Shown: positions 39,873 to 50,065, numbered from the stretch's first letter. The stretch: DNA of 64,000 nucleotides from Microcoleus sp. (GCA_051652045.1 JBOFTL010000514.1:21899-85898); one strand, 5' to 3'. Notes: generated by a model not told the origin, from the sequence alone. Made by a program: numbers and translations.

Positions 39873-40387
39873 TAGGCAATCGTACTGTAATGAAGCCTAA
39901 TCCTATTGATAATGGAGTACAGTCCGTTTCTAGATGCAACTGGAGATGGGCTAACGGCTACAATGACCCCAAGATTGGTACTGCATACTTCAAAGGCAAC
40001 AGCTATCAGTATTACCAGATTTTTCACGATAAGATGAATGGTAAACGAATAGTTCTTAGTTGGAATAGAGACTCGCGCACAATGCCACCTAGAGCTACGT
40101 TTAAGATAAATGATGAGTTGATATGGTCAGTAGCGAACCTTCTGACGATGAATGCTACGTCTATAGCAGCGAGTAATGGTGTCCAAAAAGTTGGTTATGT
40201 TGCCAATTATTCAAACAATTATCAAACGGTTGAAATCGTATTCCCCGATCGCTTGATTGGAGCTAATTTTAGAGTGGATTTCAATTCCAGTGCTGGCGGA
40301 GGAACCTTCTATATGAGTCTTCCTAAACTATATGATTATGTTGAGCAAGATGTAGGGGTGATCAAAGATGACTATCACAGAGCTTAG
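39869..40387 (+). CDS. beta-rich hypothetical protein (fibre or receptor-binding-like)
   Basis: Packed ORF; aromatic, beta-rich. Confidence 0.5.
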   Translation: MIGNRTVMKPNPIDNGVQSVSRCNWRWANGYNDPKIGTAYFKGNSYQYYQIFHDKMNGKRIVLSWNRDSRTMPPRATFKINDELIWSVANLLTMNATSIAASNGVQKVGYVANYSNNYQTVEIVFPDRLIGANFRVDFNSSAGGGTFYMSLPKLYDYVEQDVGVIKDDYHRA

Positions 40388-41396
40388 ATCTAAAGCCTAT
40401 AAACCTATTGATGGGGTACTAGCTTGTCAAGTACTGAATCTTGTAGAGATCAATCAAACCTACACTTTACCTATAGGTGAAGATAACACGATCGTTACTA
40501 TGATCGGCACAGGTAATGGAAGTTTCACAATAGGTAGTAACTCGTATCCCCTTTTCGTTAATCGAGACACGATTTACCAGCTAAGGTATGTAGCTTCTCT
40601 TAATGGTTGGATCTCTGCTGAAACACCCTTAAATTTAAGCAATGATCGCGCTTATGTTGATACTGAGATCGTTAAAGTAAACTCTATCATCACGACTAAG
40701 GATACTGCTCAGACTACGGCAAACACAGATTTAGAAACTCGGTTAACTGATGCGATCGCGGGGTTGAGAACAGAGCTACTAGAACAAGCTGTAGACGTAG
40801 ACGGTGTAATATCGGGATACGATGTAATTTTGAATTTGATACAAGGGCAGAACGCAACTATTACCGCTCTTACTGCAAAGGTTGCAGAGTTAGAGAATAA
40901 ACCTTCACAAGTTGTTAGATCTGCTTCACTTCCCGACGACTCAGATGGTTGGGAAGTGTGGATTCAGACGGTTGAGGATACAGTAAATTGGGAAATTATT
41001 GTCACACAATTTAATCGAACTTCCGATAGCTGGACTCTCCCTTTAGTTGTACGTAAAGAGTCTTTACCTCCACCTAGTCACAGACAAGCGATTGAAATTT
41101 CACCTAACAGATTTGAAGTCCGATTGCCCGGTGGGGGAACTCTAGAGTACTCAAATATCCGATCGGCTGATTTGACATCATTTAGTTTCCCAGTTAATAC
41201 CTATACTCCCTTAGAGGCTTATTACCTCGATTCTGAGGGTAATCAATACTATCGCAGGGGGCAAATTATTGATCCGACTCTAACCGCTATGGGGCTAGGA
41301 AGATTATCAGCCCCCAGCAACGCAATTACCCTTAGATACGAGATCGGACGCACTGGTTTCACAGACAAGATTGTTTACGATGTCCCCTTACTCTGA
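40368..41396 (+). CDS. fibre-like protein with central coiled coil
   Basis: TITALTAKVAELENK heptads; beta-rich ends. Confidence 0.55.
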   Translation: MTITELRSKAYKPIDGVLACQVLNLVEINQTYTLPIGEDNTIVTMIGTGNGSFTIGSNSYPLFVNRDTIYQLRYVASLNGWISAETPLNLSNDRAYVDTEIVKVNSIITTKDTAQTTANTDLETRLTDAIAGLRTELLEQAVDVDGVISGYDVILNLIQGQNATITALTAKVAELENKPSQVVRSASLPDDSDGWEVWIQTVEDTVNWEIIVTQFNRTSDSWTLPLVVRKESLPPPSHRQAIEISPNRFEVRLPGGGTLEYSNIRSADLTSFSFPVNTYTPLEAYYLDSEGNQYYRRGQIIDPTLTAMGLGRLSAPSNAITLRYEIGRTGFTDKIVYDVPLL

Positions 41397-41624
41397 CTAG
41401 CTACCCACTCATCTATGGCGATTCTCAGCTTATTTTGCCAATCAGGGATCTCACTCAACTCAGCTTTGAGTCCTTTCCTGACGCGCAAACAGAGCGGGCG
41501 ATCGTCCATGTTCCCACCGAGATTAGATTGTGAGTCAAAAATATTCTTAGGCATTTTCCGGTTTCCTTTGTCTACGTTGTGTATACTCTATTATCATACA
41601 ACGTATTTTGGAGCTTGCCGGAAA

Positions 41625-42719
41625 ATGAGAAAACTAACGCATGAATTTGTTAAAGCTCAGTTCGCCTTAGAGGGTTATGAGTTGTTGAGTGAGTATGCAG
41701 GTGTTCATAAGCCGTTAAAATATTTATGTCCCAAAGGTCATGAACATCAAATAACTTGGGGAAATTTTCAGAGTGGCAATAGATGTGGAGTTTGTGCAGG
41801 AAAACATAAGTCCACAAAATTTATAAAGAAGTTTTTTGAGAAAGAAGGTTACGTTCTTTTAGAGGAATACAAGAACTGTGCAATACCTATTAAATTTAGA
41901 TGTCCCAAAGGTCATGAACATCAAATGTCATGGGACAGCTTCCGTAATGGTAGTAGATGTGGAGTTTGCTCTGGAAGATATGTTTCCCACGAATTTGTTA
42001 AAGCTCAGTTTGCCCTAGAAGGGTATGAATTGTTGGGTAAATACAAGAACTGTGCAATACCTATTAAATTTAGATGTTCTAAAGGACATGAGCATCAAAT
42101 GTCATGGGACAGCTTCCGTAATGGTAGTAGATGTCGGCTTTGTCTTCCTAAAGATCTAAATAAAACTAGATTAAGTGAAGAGTTTATTAAATCCCAGTTT
42201 GCACTAGAGGGGTATGAATTATTAAGTGTTTATCTAAATGCTAGAACACCTGTTAACCTTAGATGCCCCAAAGGTCATAAATGTCAAATAGCGTGGGGAA
42301 ATTTTAAGACAGGCAATAGATGTTCAGTTTGCCGTATCTCAAATTTCTATACGAACTTCGAGAATAGAACATCTTGTAAAATTTTTAATAGTATTAGTCG
42401 TCAGCTTAAAAGACAGAAGTTAGATCTAAAATGGGATTACTTCTACTCTTCAGAATTGATTAAGTCAATAGCTGAACCTATCCAGCCTATCTACAGATCT
42501 TGCCCTAAAGGTCATGCGGTTGATCACATTGTGCCTGTTAGCTGGTTCAATCTACTAAATGAGGATGAACTTTTAGCCTGTTGGCATCCTGCTAATTTAA
42601 GGCATTTAGATGCTCTTGAAAACAACAAGCGCAAAAACAGAATGACAGACGAAGAAATCGCCTATATGCGATCGCATCACCCCGAAATTATCAACGCAGC
42701 TAGCAGGTCAAAACTATGA
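41625..42719 (+). CDS. HNH-type endonuclease with 4 tandem Zn-ribbon repeats
   Basis: 4 x (EGY.LL..Y..C.KGH..Q..W..F..G.RC..C); C-terminal HAVDHIVP..NL..L..N..K.N; AT-rich. Confidence 0.8.
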   Translation: MRKLTHEFVKAQFALEGYELLSEYAGVHKPLKYLCPKGHEHQITWGNFQSGNRCGVCAGKHKSTKFIKKFFEKEGYVLLEEYKNCAIPIKFRCPKGHEHQMSWDSFRNGSRCGVCSGRYVSHEFVKAQFALEGYELLGKYKNCAIPIKFRCSKGHEHQMSWDSFRNGSRCRLCLPKDLNKTRLSEEFIKSQFALEGYELLSVYLNARTPVNLRCPKGHKCQIAWGNFKTGNRCSVCRISNFYTNFENRTSCKIFNSISRQLKRQKLDLKWDYFYSSELIKSIAEPIQPIYRSCPKGHAVDHIVPVSWFNLLNEDELLACWHPANLRHLDALENNKRKNRMTDEEIAYMRSHHPEIINAASRSKL

Positions 42720-43327
42720 ACATCTATCCCTACCCAGTAATACCCACGGTAAAAGAATGCGCGACACCTGAAGACTTGCAAACTCTAGAGCAAAGTTTAA
42801 GGGTGGCGATCGACAATCTATTCGTTGAATCTGAAACCAATCCTGACCTAAATAATTCATTCTGGCGTTTATGGCTCAAGAATGAACCGCAAAATGACGG
42901 AACCAGAAATCTATGTGTGTCAGTTCCTATTTTAAGTCTCCAGAGTTCCCTGGAAATCTTCTGCACACCTATCACCCCTCCCCCGCCGGATCATGAAGAT
43001 GACTCGACCGATAACGGTGATGGAACATTCACCTATGCTTTTGCTGAGGGTGTGACCTTCACGTATCGCCCCACACCCACCGGGCAAAGCGGGAATCTTA
43101 CAACCTGGAACAGCCTCGCTTGGAATCCGACGGGCTTAGTCGTCAGTGCCCGCTACGATGCCCTCGACTCCGCTGGGGTATCGGTGGGAAATTCCAATGT
43201 GAATTACACCAATAGTATGACAGGGGATATCTTCAGCTTCCACAAGTTTGCTAATGCCGTCAAGGTAAAATTGACGGTAACGTTAAATGATGCCAGGGTT
43301 TTGACTTACACCTATCCATTTCTATAG
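42716..43327 (+). CDS. hypothetical virion-region protein
   Basis: ATGA overlap; DNGDGTFTY motif. Confidence 0.55.
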   Translation: MNIYPYPVIPTVKECATPEDLQTLEQSLRVAIDNLFVESETNPDLNNSFWRLWLKNEPQNDGTRNLCVSVPILSLQSSLEIFCTPITPPPPDHEDDSTDNGDGTFTYAFAEGVTFTYRPTPTGQSGNLTTWNSLAWNPTGLVVSARYDALDSAGVSVGNSNVNYTNSMTGDIFSFHKFANAVKVKLTVTLNDARVLTYTYPFL

Positions 43328-43338
43328 AGAACACCATC

Positions 43339-44712
43339 ATGGCTTTATCTATTGCATTTCCCTTAGTTCTGACCGACGACCCTGTTGCCAAGTATGCGGA
43401 AATCGCCGCGTCATTGGCTCCGGGTGCGCGTTACGAACAACAGTTCGATTACACCACAGTTGAGAACCCCAGCAGCAAATTTAAGCGCTACTTGGAGGAT
43501 ATCTATCCCGCTGCCACAATCACGGACATTGACAACGATTTAGATAGCTGGGCGATCAGCCAAGGGTCGCTGGGCGCTTGCGGGACATTTGCGAATATTG
43601 CTTGCTATGCCTCAATTCCTGACGATCACCAGTACGCGATCGAGAATGGAATCTATCCGTTGCAGCCATCATCGATCGGCTTGTACTTTGTGCGGATCTG
43701 CGACCCCGAAAATCCCCTTGGGACGAAGTGGATGGCGATCGACTCTCAAGTCCCCACGGACAGCGAGATGGGCGGATCTGCCTTCGTGTATTTAGGGGCG
43801 CAAACGGCATTACTACCCGCACTCCTGACCAAGGCTGCAGCAACCGCGCGCGGCGGTTGCTTTGATGAGATCACCAATCACCCTGCACTAAAACAGAGCT
43901 TTAGCTGGTTTCCTAACGCTAGCTACACCGTGTCAACCTTTGCCGACTTCAAGGAAGCTCTTGAGCATGGGGCGTTGTGCGTCGTTTCGATGACTCAGCA
44001 ATATGATTCTGGTGGGTTCGCGGTTAAGCCGTCTGGCGTTGTCTATGGGCACGCTTTTAGTATTGTGGATGCAGTTGAAGCAACAAATCCTGATGGTTCG
44101 ATCGCCCAAATTGTTAGGATTGAAAACCCGTGGGGCGGCGGCTCTGATTATGTTTCAGAGTATTCAGAGGATGCTCCGTTTTGGACAATGCATCCTGAAC
44201 TATCTGGCAAGTTGGCAGATGCATCGGCAACAGGTGGGAATTATTGGGTGTCCTGGAATCAGGCTAAGGCGCTAACCGGGAAGTCCAGATTTGAACTGAC
44301 GTTACCGTTACCTCATTTCAAGAAACCCAACCTGGCTTGGCTCCGCTACGAGTTTGACGGGATGCCCGTCCTGAGCAGTGAATGGTGGAATTGGACGGCA
44401 GAACTAATCGCTGGAGTTTCTGCTGCCAAGGTCAAGACCCTGACACTGGAGAATCCTGCAACCATTACCTTTGATGTGAAGTGGTTGAACGGTTCAGGTG
44501 CGCGACACCTGAACATTAAGGTCGTCGATCCTGTGACTGGCGCGATCGCTGGGCAATTTGGGGAAGAGGTTTGGTGGGGTGGCAGCGGAATGCGTGACAT
44601 TCAACTACCTGCGGGGACGTTCAAGATTTATCCTTGCACCCGTAGCTACAACAGCGATCGCGGCAACCTCCAGGTTATGTTGCTCTCTGAACAGCCGTTT
44701 ATTCTGAGTTAG
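43339..44712 (+). CDS. calpain-family (C2) cysteine protease, CysPc plus domain III-like C-terminus
   Basis: ISQGSLGAC (Cys), GHAFSI (His), RIENPWG (Asn), GNYWVSW, LPAGTFKIYPCT. Confidence 0.88.
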   Translation: MALSIAFPLVLTDDPVAKYAEIAASLAPGARYEQQFDYTTVENPSSKFKRYLEDIYPAATITDIDNDLDSWAISQGSLGACGTFANIACYASIPDDHQYAIENGIYPLQPSSIGLYFVRICDPENPLGTKWMAIDSQVPTDSEMGGSAFVYLGAQTALLPALLTKAAATARGGCFDEITNHPALKQSFSWFPNASYTVSTFADFKEALEHGALCVVSMTQQYDSGGFAVKPSGVVYGHAFSIVDAVEATNPDGSIAQIVRIENPWGGGSDYVSEYSEDAPFWTMHPELSGKLADASATGGNYWVSWNQAKALTGKSRFELTLPLPHFKKPNLAWLRYEFDGMPVLSSEWWNWTAELIAGVSAAKVKTLTLENPATITFDVKWLNGSGARHLNIKVVDPVTGAIAGQFGEEVWWGGSGMRDIQLPAGTFKIYPCTRSYNSDRGNLQVMLLSEQPFILS

Positions 44713-44716
44713 ATCC

Positions 44717-46510
44717 ATGCGCCATCACTATCAGTTATCAACCCCGATCGCCACTCCCTCACCCTCACCTTCACCTACTCCAACTGTGGTGGATTTGTCG
44801 CCAGTGACCGATCGTTTAGCTGAGATTGAAGCGAAGTTATTACCCTCAACCGAGGCATTAGTACCTACAGCTTCACCCTCGGTTATTCGATCGTCAAGTG
44901 TGGTAAATCCGGGGGCTGTGGCTACCACCAGTCCTGCAATAAACAGTGAAGACTACACCGGGTATTGGCTCTCGGAGTCTCTTAGTGATGGCGATTATTT
45001 CTACAATCCCATGTACGAAGCGGTTTGGGCAAAGGTTACATGGTTATCTACTGGGGGTTACGAATTCAAATATTCGGGAATTTACAGTTCATCATCGGGG
45101 AGTAACCAACCATGGACACTTCGTGAAACCAATTCCGATGGAACAACAATGAGCCGAGCGGTATTACCTGCTAGCCTTGCGCCCGCTTCTAGGTCGTTCA
45201 CCTTCACCGGGAAGCAAGTATCAGTATCTATCCCCGGTAGCGCTAAGACCTTTGTATCACGTAAACCTCAAGCAGATATCACAACCGGATGGACGCGATC
45301 GCAAGATACAAGGTTGCAAGCTCACAAATACCTCTATCAAGCTAACAATAGGAATGTTTTAATTCATTGGGGCAAAGATAATTGCTATCTCGTTTGCTGG
45401 GGAGAAAACGGAGGATGGGGAATAGAGCATGAAACGACGACCACACAACCTCAACAAACGCTACAAATATCAGGTACTAATACCTCGTCTCTACTCCTAG
45501 AAGGCGGTGTGAGTAAGGTTCGTGTGAACACTACAGGAAACATATCTTTAACCTTGCATAGACCGCCTAACGTTGTGACGTGGGAATCTATCGAGATGCC
45601 TGATATCATCAATGAGGAGCAATTTGATTGGAACCCCCCACGGCACTATATTGGGGATGTTTGTTTTTACGAGTGGACAAACCCAAATAATTTTCAAGAT
45701 TACATTCGGATTTCTTACTTCCCCTCGACAATCATCGAACATGTAATTGGAGGTGTATATCAGAATGATTGGTACAGGCTCACCCGTGCGGATGGCAGCA
45801 CGATCGAAGCTAAAGACACTCAGCATCAATACACAAACGAACGCTTCGCGCTTATTGAGGTTTGGGCTTATAGCGGCGGCAACGATTCCATACCTCCATA
45901 TCAAGGTAATTTCTATCTGCCTATCCCGACTATCCCAGGAGACAAAAACCTAGTACCTCAACTCTGGACTCAGTATCTCGATCGCCTTCAGTTTAACGAG
46001 AGTGTGGCAGGGAAGGCGATCGCCCCTATATCTACCGCAGTCACTCAACTACAAACAGAGAATACTGTACTCAAAACTAAGCTGGCTGCAATTGAGAAGA
46101 TTACAACGGATAACCTCACTGATCTATCACTAGGTACTATTGACCCTACATCGGCGGATAGTTCACGGTTTTTCATCCCGTTTAGATCAGGAGTAAAAAT
46201 CAAAGAGATCACCTTCAATTTCCGCGATCGCCGTGTTGCCACCTATCCATCTCGGATTCTAAACAATGTATCCATTACTGGGGCGCAAATGTCCCCTATT
46301 GGTGGCAATGGTTGGACTTATTCCACTGGGGAGGATAACCGTCACTCAATGGCAAGAGCTTTATCAGTCACTTCTATTGAATATCTAGTAGTTATTCAAT
46401 GGATTTATTGCCCCACTGGAATCACTCTATGGTTCCAGGAATCTCACAGCAACACAAACAACACTTACGGAAGGTTTGAAAATGTTGTAGTGAAGTGGGA
46501 AAAAAGCTAG
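44717..46510 (+). CDS. fibre/receptor-binding-like virion protein
   Basis: Pro/Ser/Thr-rich N-terminus, short coiled coils, beta-rich domains. Confidence 0.55.
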   Translation: MRHHYQLSTPIATPSPSPSPTPTVVDLSPVTDRLAEIEAKLLPSTEALVPTASPSVIRSSSVVNPGAVATTSPAINSEDYTGYWLSESLSDGDYFYNPMYEAVWAKVTWLSTGGYEFKYSGIYSSSSGSNQPWTLRETNSDGTTMSRAVLPASLAPASRSFTFTGKQVSVSIPGSAKTFVSRKPQADITTGWTRSQDTRLQAHKYLYQANNRNVLIHWGKDNCYLVCWGENGGWGIEHETTTTQPQQTLQISGTNTSSLLLEGGVSKVRVNTTGNISLTLHRPPNVVTWESIEMPDIINEEQFDWNPPRHYIGDVCFYEWTNPNNFQDYIRISYFPSTIIEHVIGGVYQNDWYRLTRADGSTIEAKDTQHQYTNERFALIEVWAYSGGNDSIPPYQGNFYLPIPTIPGDKNLVPQLWTQYLDRLQFNESVAGKAIAPISTAVTQLQTENTVLKTKLAAIEKITTDNLTDLSLGTIDPTSADSSRFFIPFRSGVKIKEITFNFRDRRVATYPSRILNNVSITGAQMSPIGGNGWTYSTGEDNRHSMARALSVTSIEYLVVIQWIYCPTGITLWFQESHSNTNNTYGRFENVVVKWEKS

Positions 46511-46598
46511 CGATCGCCCTCCCAGCTTCAATGTGAAACTATTCCAAAAAAGTAGTTGATATTTCGTGGCACGAAATGATTAGTTGACACTCTCAGCT

Positions 46599-47921
46599 CT
46601 AAAGAGACTGAGATTCTGCTGACAGAACAGACTTTGGGAACCCCCAAAGTCTAATTCTCGCTACGGTCGTCAAAGACCGTCTACCCAGTCGGTTTAGGTC
46701 AATGCCTAACTTGCTGGCTACTTTTCTAAGGATGTTTGCAGCGCCATTAAGGTCTGCGTTCACCATTGATTTATCGGCTGACTGATACAAGCCCCTCTTA
46801 ACTCGTCGTCCTGATGCTTTCCACCCATCTGGCTTTTCGCCAAACTTAGGTAGGGAGTCGCCATCCAGAAAACTCGCTTTCGAGGTATACGCTTCCTCAG
46901 TCTCTTCAAATCTAATCCCGTGCAGGTCGCACAACTGTTTTAGTCGGTCTTTCAGTTTACCTAAAGGCATCTGAACAAACTTCTGATTATTAAGTCTGCC
47001 CATATTGGCATTGACTTTGAAGCCTTCATTCCACCCAATAACAAGTGTACCAATACTGTATTTTAGGCAGTGTTTAACAATCAACTTTGCAGCTTTGTTA
47101 ATCCCATCGCGCATCTGATGATTACGCTTGCGTGTCACACGGTCTAGCCAGCCATCCCAATAGGCGTGTTCTTTACCATCTTTGCGGGTAGATACTTTTT
47201 TGTTCCACAGTTGGTTCATAGCCTTCATTGATCGGGCATCAACTAACAAAGAATTACCTAAAGTATCCACACAAGCAGCAAGATTATCCGCAGTTCCAAG
47301 GTCGATCGATAGTGCTTGATTGATATCAAGTTGATGCGCTTGAGGGCTGACCTCGTAGGACATCTCCAGGTAAAAAGCACCATTCTTGGGAAGGATTGTG
47401 AATTCCTTGACTTTAGAAACATCTAAGTTTGTGGGCGCTGGTAAGAAAAATTCAGATATTCCAAACCAACGTTTTACGGTTAGACCAGTAGAAAATCTTA
47501 TCCGATCACCCTCAATAGTTGCACCGTACTTTGAACCTTTAGGGTATGAGACCTTGAATAGCTTAGAACCTTTCAGATATCCAGGAGGCTTAGGCTTAAA
47601 GTGCAACTGACCTTTAAAAAACAAATCTCTCAATCCTTTGAAAGATTTGAATGCCTCAGTCACAGACATTAAAGTCTGTTGTGCAGGACTTGAATGCAAA
47701 GATTGAGCCACTAAACTTTTCCCGACACTAGCCTCATAAATCAAATCAAATTTCCCAGCAAGCATCTTCCCTGTCTTAAAAAAAGTTTGCCGGGAAAAGT
47801 AGACCCCATTGTTGTAAAGCTTGCCTGACTGCTCACAAAGATATTGAAGAACAGCTTTTGTTTCTGGATCAGGAGATAGCAAGACTTGCTGGACTCCCAT
47901 TCTTTTCTTGACTTTGACCAT
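46599..47921 (-). CDS. tnpB: TnpB (rearranged RuvC-II type)
   Basis: SIDLG, VIGWN, EEAYTSK, NADLNGA. Confidence 0.9.
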   Translation of the reverse strand: MVKVKKRMGVQQVLLSPDPETKAVLQYLCEQSGKLYNNGVYFSRQTFFKTGKMLAGKFDLIYEASVGKSLVAQSLHSSPAQQTLMSVTEAFKSFKGLRDLFFKGQLHFKPKPPGYLKGSKLFKVSYPKGSKYGATIEGDRIRFSTGLTVKRWFGISEFFLPAPTNLDVSKVKEFTILPKNGAFYLEMSYEVSPQAHQLDINQALSIDLGTADNLAACVDTLGNSLLVDARSMKAMNQLWNKKVSTRKDGKEHAYWDGWLDRVTRKRNHQMRDGINKAAKLIVKHCLKYSIGTLVIGWNEGFKVNANMGRLNNQKFVQMPLGKLKDRLKQLCDLHGIRFEETEEAYTSKASFLDGDSLPKFGEKPDGWKASGRRVKRGLYQSADKSMVNADLNGAANILRKVASKLGIDLNRLGRRSLTTVARIRLWGFPKSVLSAESQSL

Positions 47922-48004
47922 CGTTTCGACCTGCGATGCAGTTGACTGTTGATAGTTTATCAACTATTCTAGTAGATGTCAAACAATTGATCGACTAAAT
48001 TATT

Positions 48005-48412
48005 ATGCTGCCATTGCCAGAATACAGAACTCAAAATCATGTCAAATACTTGCTTAACTATCACTTTGTCTTTATCCCTAAGAGGCGTAAAAAAGTTTTG
48101 GTAGACAAAGTAGCAACTAGAACCCGTCAAATATTCTTGGAGCTTGCAATAGAGAGGGGCTGGGATATTCTTGCTTTGGAAGTTGCGCCAGACCATATCC
48201 ATCTTTTTGTGGCAGTAACACCCACAGATACGCCATCTAAAGTGGTTCAAGCCTTTAAGGGTAGGAGTTCTAACTATTTGAGGAAGGAATTTCCTCACCT
48301 TCTCAAACTGCCAAGCCTCTGGACGAGTAGCTATTTTGTCAGCACCGCTGGTAATATTAGTTCAGAGGCAGTAAAGAAGTATATTGAAGACCCACACCAT
48401 TCTGCAAACTAA
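48005..48412 (+). CDS. tnpA: TnpA Y1 HUH transposase
   Basis: HFVFIPKRR, PDHIHL, LWTSSY, VKKYI. Confidence 0.95.
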   Translation: MLPLPEYRTQNHVKYLLNYHFVFIPKRRKKVLVDKVATRTRQIFLELAIERGWDILALEVAPDHIHLFVAVTPTDTPSKVVQAFKGRSSNYLRKEFPHLLKLPSLWTSSYFVSTAGNISSEAVKKYIEDPHHSAN

Positions 48413-48545
48413 TCCGTTAAGGGCACTCAAGTGCCCCGAGTCGTATTCCTCTCAGCACTAAAGTGACTGAGTTCCCAACTTACCGAGTTTTTCTTATGGA
48501 AAAGTCAAACAAACGGCTTCGGCAAAAGTGCCACGCCAAGCTATT

Positions 48546-48597
48546 CTGAAAGTAATTTCAAAAAATAGTTGACAATACTTTCAGGATGCCCTATATT
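48546..48597 (+). promoter_or_regulatory. repeated phage promoter/operator, copy 3
   Basis: CTGAAAGTA..TTGACA(48569)-17-TATATT..TACTTTCAG. Confidence 0.85.
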
Positions 48598-48786
48598 AGA
48601 TTCATGGGTGAAGCGAGAGGCGAACCCGAAAAATCCCGAGAGGGTTGGCAAGACACCGCCATACAGAGTGTGGCTAGCTAGCAGCCTATAGCAAGCGCCT
48701 TCCGGTAGGGACGAAACCGGGGTTTTGAGAAGGGCGATCGCAACAATTCGCCCACGAGTAAACAACAAACATTTGAGGTACAGGTC

Positions 48787-49167
48787 ATGATTAATTCCGT
48801 TTTGGATGCTGCCTATAGTGCAGTCGTGTTTGGTTCGATGGCATACTTTGCCACTGCATTCGTTCGGCATATTGCCAACGGTCGGCAGCAGGTTCAGTGG
48901 ATTGAGCCGATTGAATTGGGGGCTGACGCTGATGAGATTGCGCCGCCCGCTCCGGTGCTGCTTCCAGTGGCGATCGCGGACACCGTTGTCCCGTTTGTTC
49001 GCAAACAGCGGCAGGTCGTTCCCAACTGGGCGGCGATGCCAGCAGCACAACTGCGGAAAGAATGCCAGCTACGAGGGATCCGGTGGCGCAATGCCCATGG
49101 CAAAGGTAAACATCTGTCGGTTGCGGCAATGCGGTCGGCGTTAGCGCGGGAGGTGGCAGCGGCATAG
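48787..49167 (+). CDS. membrane-anchored protein with C-terminal SAP/Rho-N-like helix pair
   Basis: N-terminal TM; AAQLRKECQLRGI..HLSVAAM..AL. Confidence 0.6.
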   Translation: MINSVLDAAYSAVVFGSMAYFATAFVRHIANGRQQVQWIEPIELGADADEIAPPAPVLLPVAIADTVVPFVRKQRQVVPNWAAMPAAQLRKECQLRGIRWRNAHGKGKHLSVAAMRSALAREVAAA

Positions 49168-49234
49168 TTTGGATGGAAAATGGCGATCGCATTGTTAAGG
49201 GTGCGATCGCCCTGTAAATATTAGGAGGTAAGCG

Positions 49235-49432
49235 ATGGAAACAATTGATGTCACCGAACTGCCCCCGCTCACCCGATGGCGATCGCGTACCATCTACCGC
49301 CTCCCCGATGGCAGTCGGTTCGTTCTGGGCTTACGGCGTGAAGCAAAGATCGGAATGTGGCTATATGCGCTGATGTTGCATAGCGATCGGGATTTGACCC
49401 ATCCCAATATTGCTAGAGTGGATGAGGTATAG
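49235..49432 (+). CDS. small hypothetical protein
   Basis: AGGAGG RBS. Confidence 0.55.
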   Translation: METIDVTELPPLTRWRSRTIYRLPDGSRFVLGLRREAKIGMWLYALMLHSDRDLTHPNIARVDEV

Positions 49433-49494
49433 ACAAAAGAGAGGGGCGATCGCATGATGTGCGATCGCCCCTTCTGTTTGTTTGTTGCAAAGTG

Positions 49495-49702
49495 CTAAGC
49501 GAGATAGCCGAACTGTTGCAGTGCTAGTTCTGCGATCGCCCGTGGGTAGGCGTTGACCAATCCATAGCGAGCATCCCCGATTTGTTCAGGCTCTTGGGCG
49601 TAGCGATCGCGGTAGAGCTTCGATGCAACTTTGCCAACCGCAGCGAGTTGTGCGGCGGTCGCATGTTTGTTGTGCAAATTCAGGCAGCCCGCCAAGGTGA
49701 TG
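49495..49702 (-). pseudogene. C-terminal fragment of an antirepressor-like gene
   Basis: ITLAG..VGKVASKLYR..P..IGDARYGLVNAYP; 5' part replaced by the tnpB remnant. Confidence 0.55.
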
Positions 49703-49965
49703 AGCAGTCAGAACTGCTCTAACTGTGGTGAAACGGTCAAAAAGTCGCTCTCGACTCGAACGCATATCTGTCCTCATTGTGGTCATGTGCAAGATCGGGA
49801 TCATAATGCTGCCATCAACATCCTGAAAAAAGGACTCAATACGGTGGGGCACACCGGAATCAAAGCTTGGGGAGAGAACGACCTCTATCTGAATCAAGCA
49901 ATTGCTTCAGACAAGTTGGCTCAGTGAACCAAGAATCCCCGTCTCTTTAGAGCGGGGAGTGTCAA
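49703..49965 (+). mobile_element. truncated tnpB 3' end with intact right end (reRNA region)
   Basis: SSQNCSNCG..CPHCG..DRDHNAAINIL; terminal AAGAATCCCCGTCTCTTTAGAGCGGGGAGTGTCAA identical to element 4. Confidence 0.85.
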
Positions 49966-50065
49966 AATCGAACGGCAAAGAGATCAGGAATCATTGCAAA
50001 AAACCCCGACCAGTGCTACCTCGTCGGGGTTTTTATTTTGGGTTGAGTTTGGAGGGCGATCGTCC

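Larger units (their letters stand above)
46584..48495 (-). mobile_element. IS605-group element 3
   Basis: Right end ...GAGTGTCAA at 46584; left-end hairpin; inferred target CCAT. Confidence 0.85.

Noticed and set aside
41415-41624. N-terminal extension of the HNH ORF
   Set aside because: Non-repeat, promoter-like sequence; ATG 41625 starts the first repeat.
41625-42400. Diversity-generating retroelement TR/VR pair
   Set aside because: The repeats are coding duplications within one gene, and there is no reverse transcriptase in the window.
48700-48725. Hammerhead ribozyme (GACGAAAC) or c-di-GMP riboswitch
   Set aside because: No CUGANGA core and no GCAAA..GACGCAAAG consensus.
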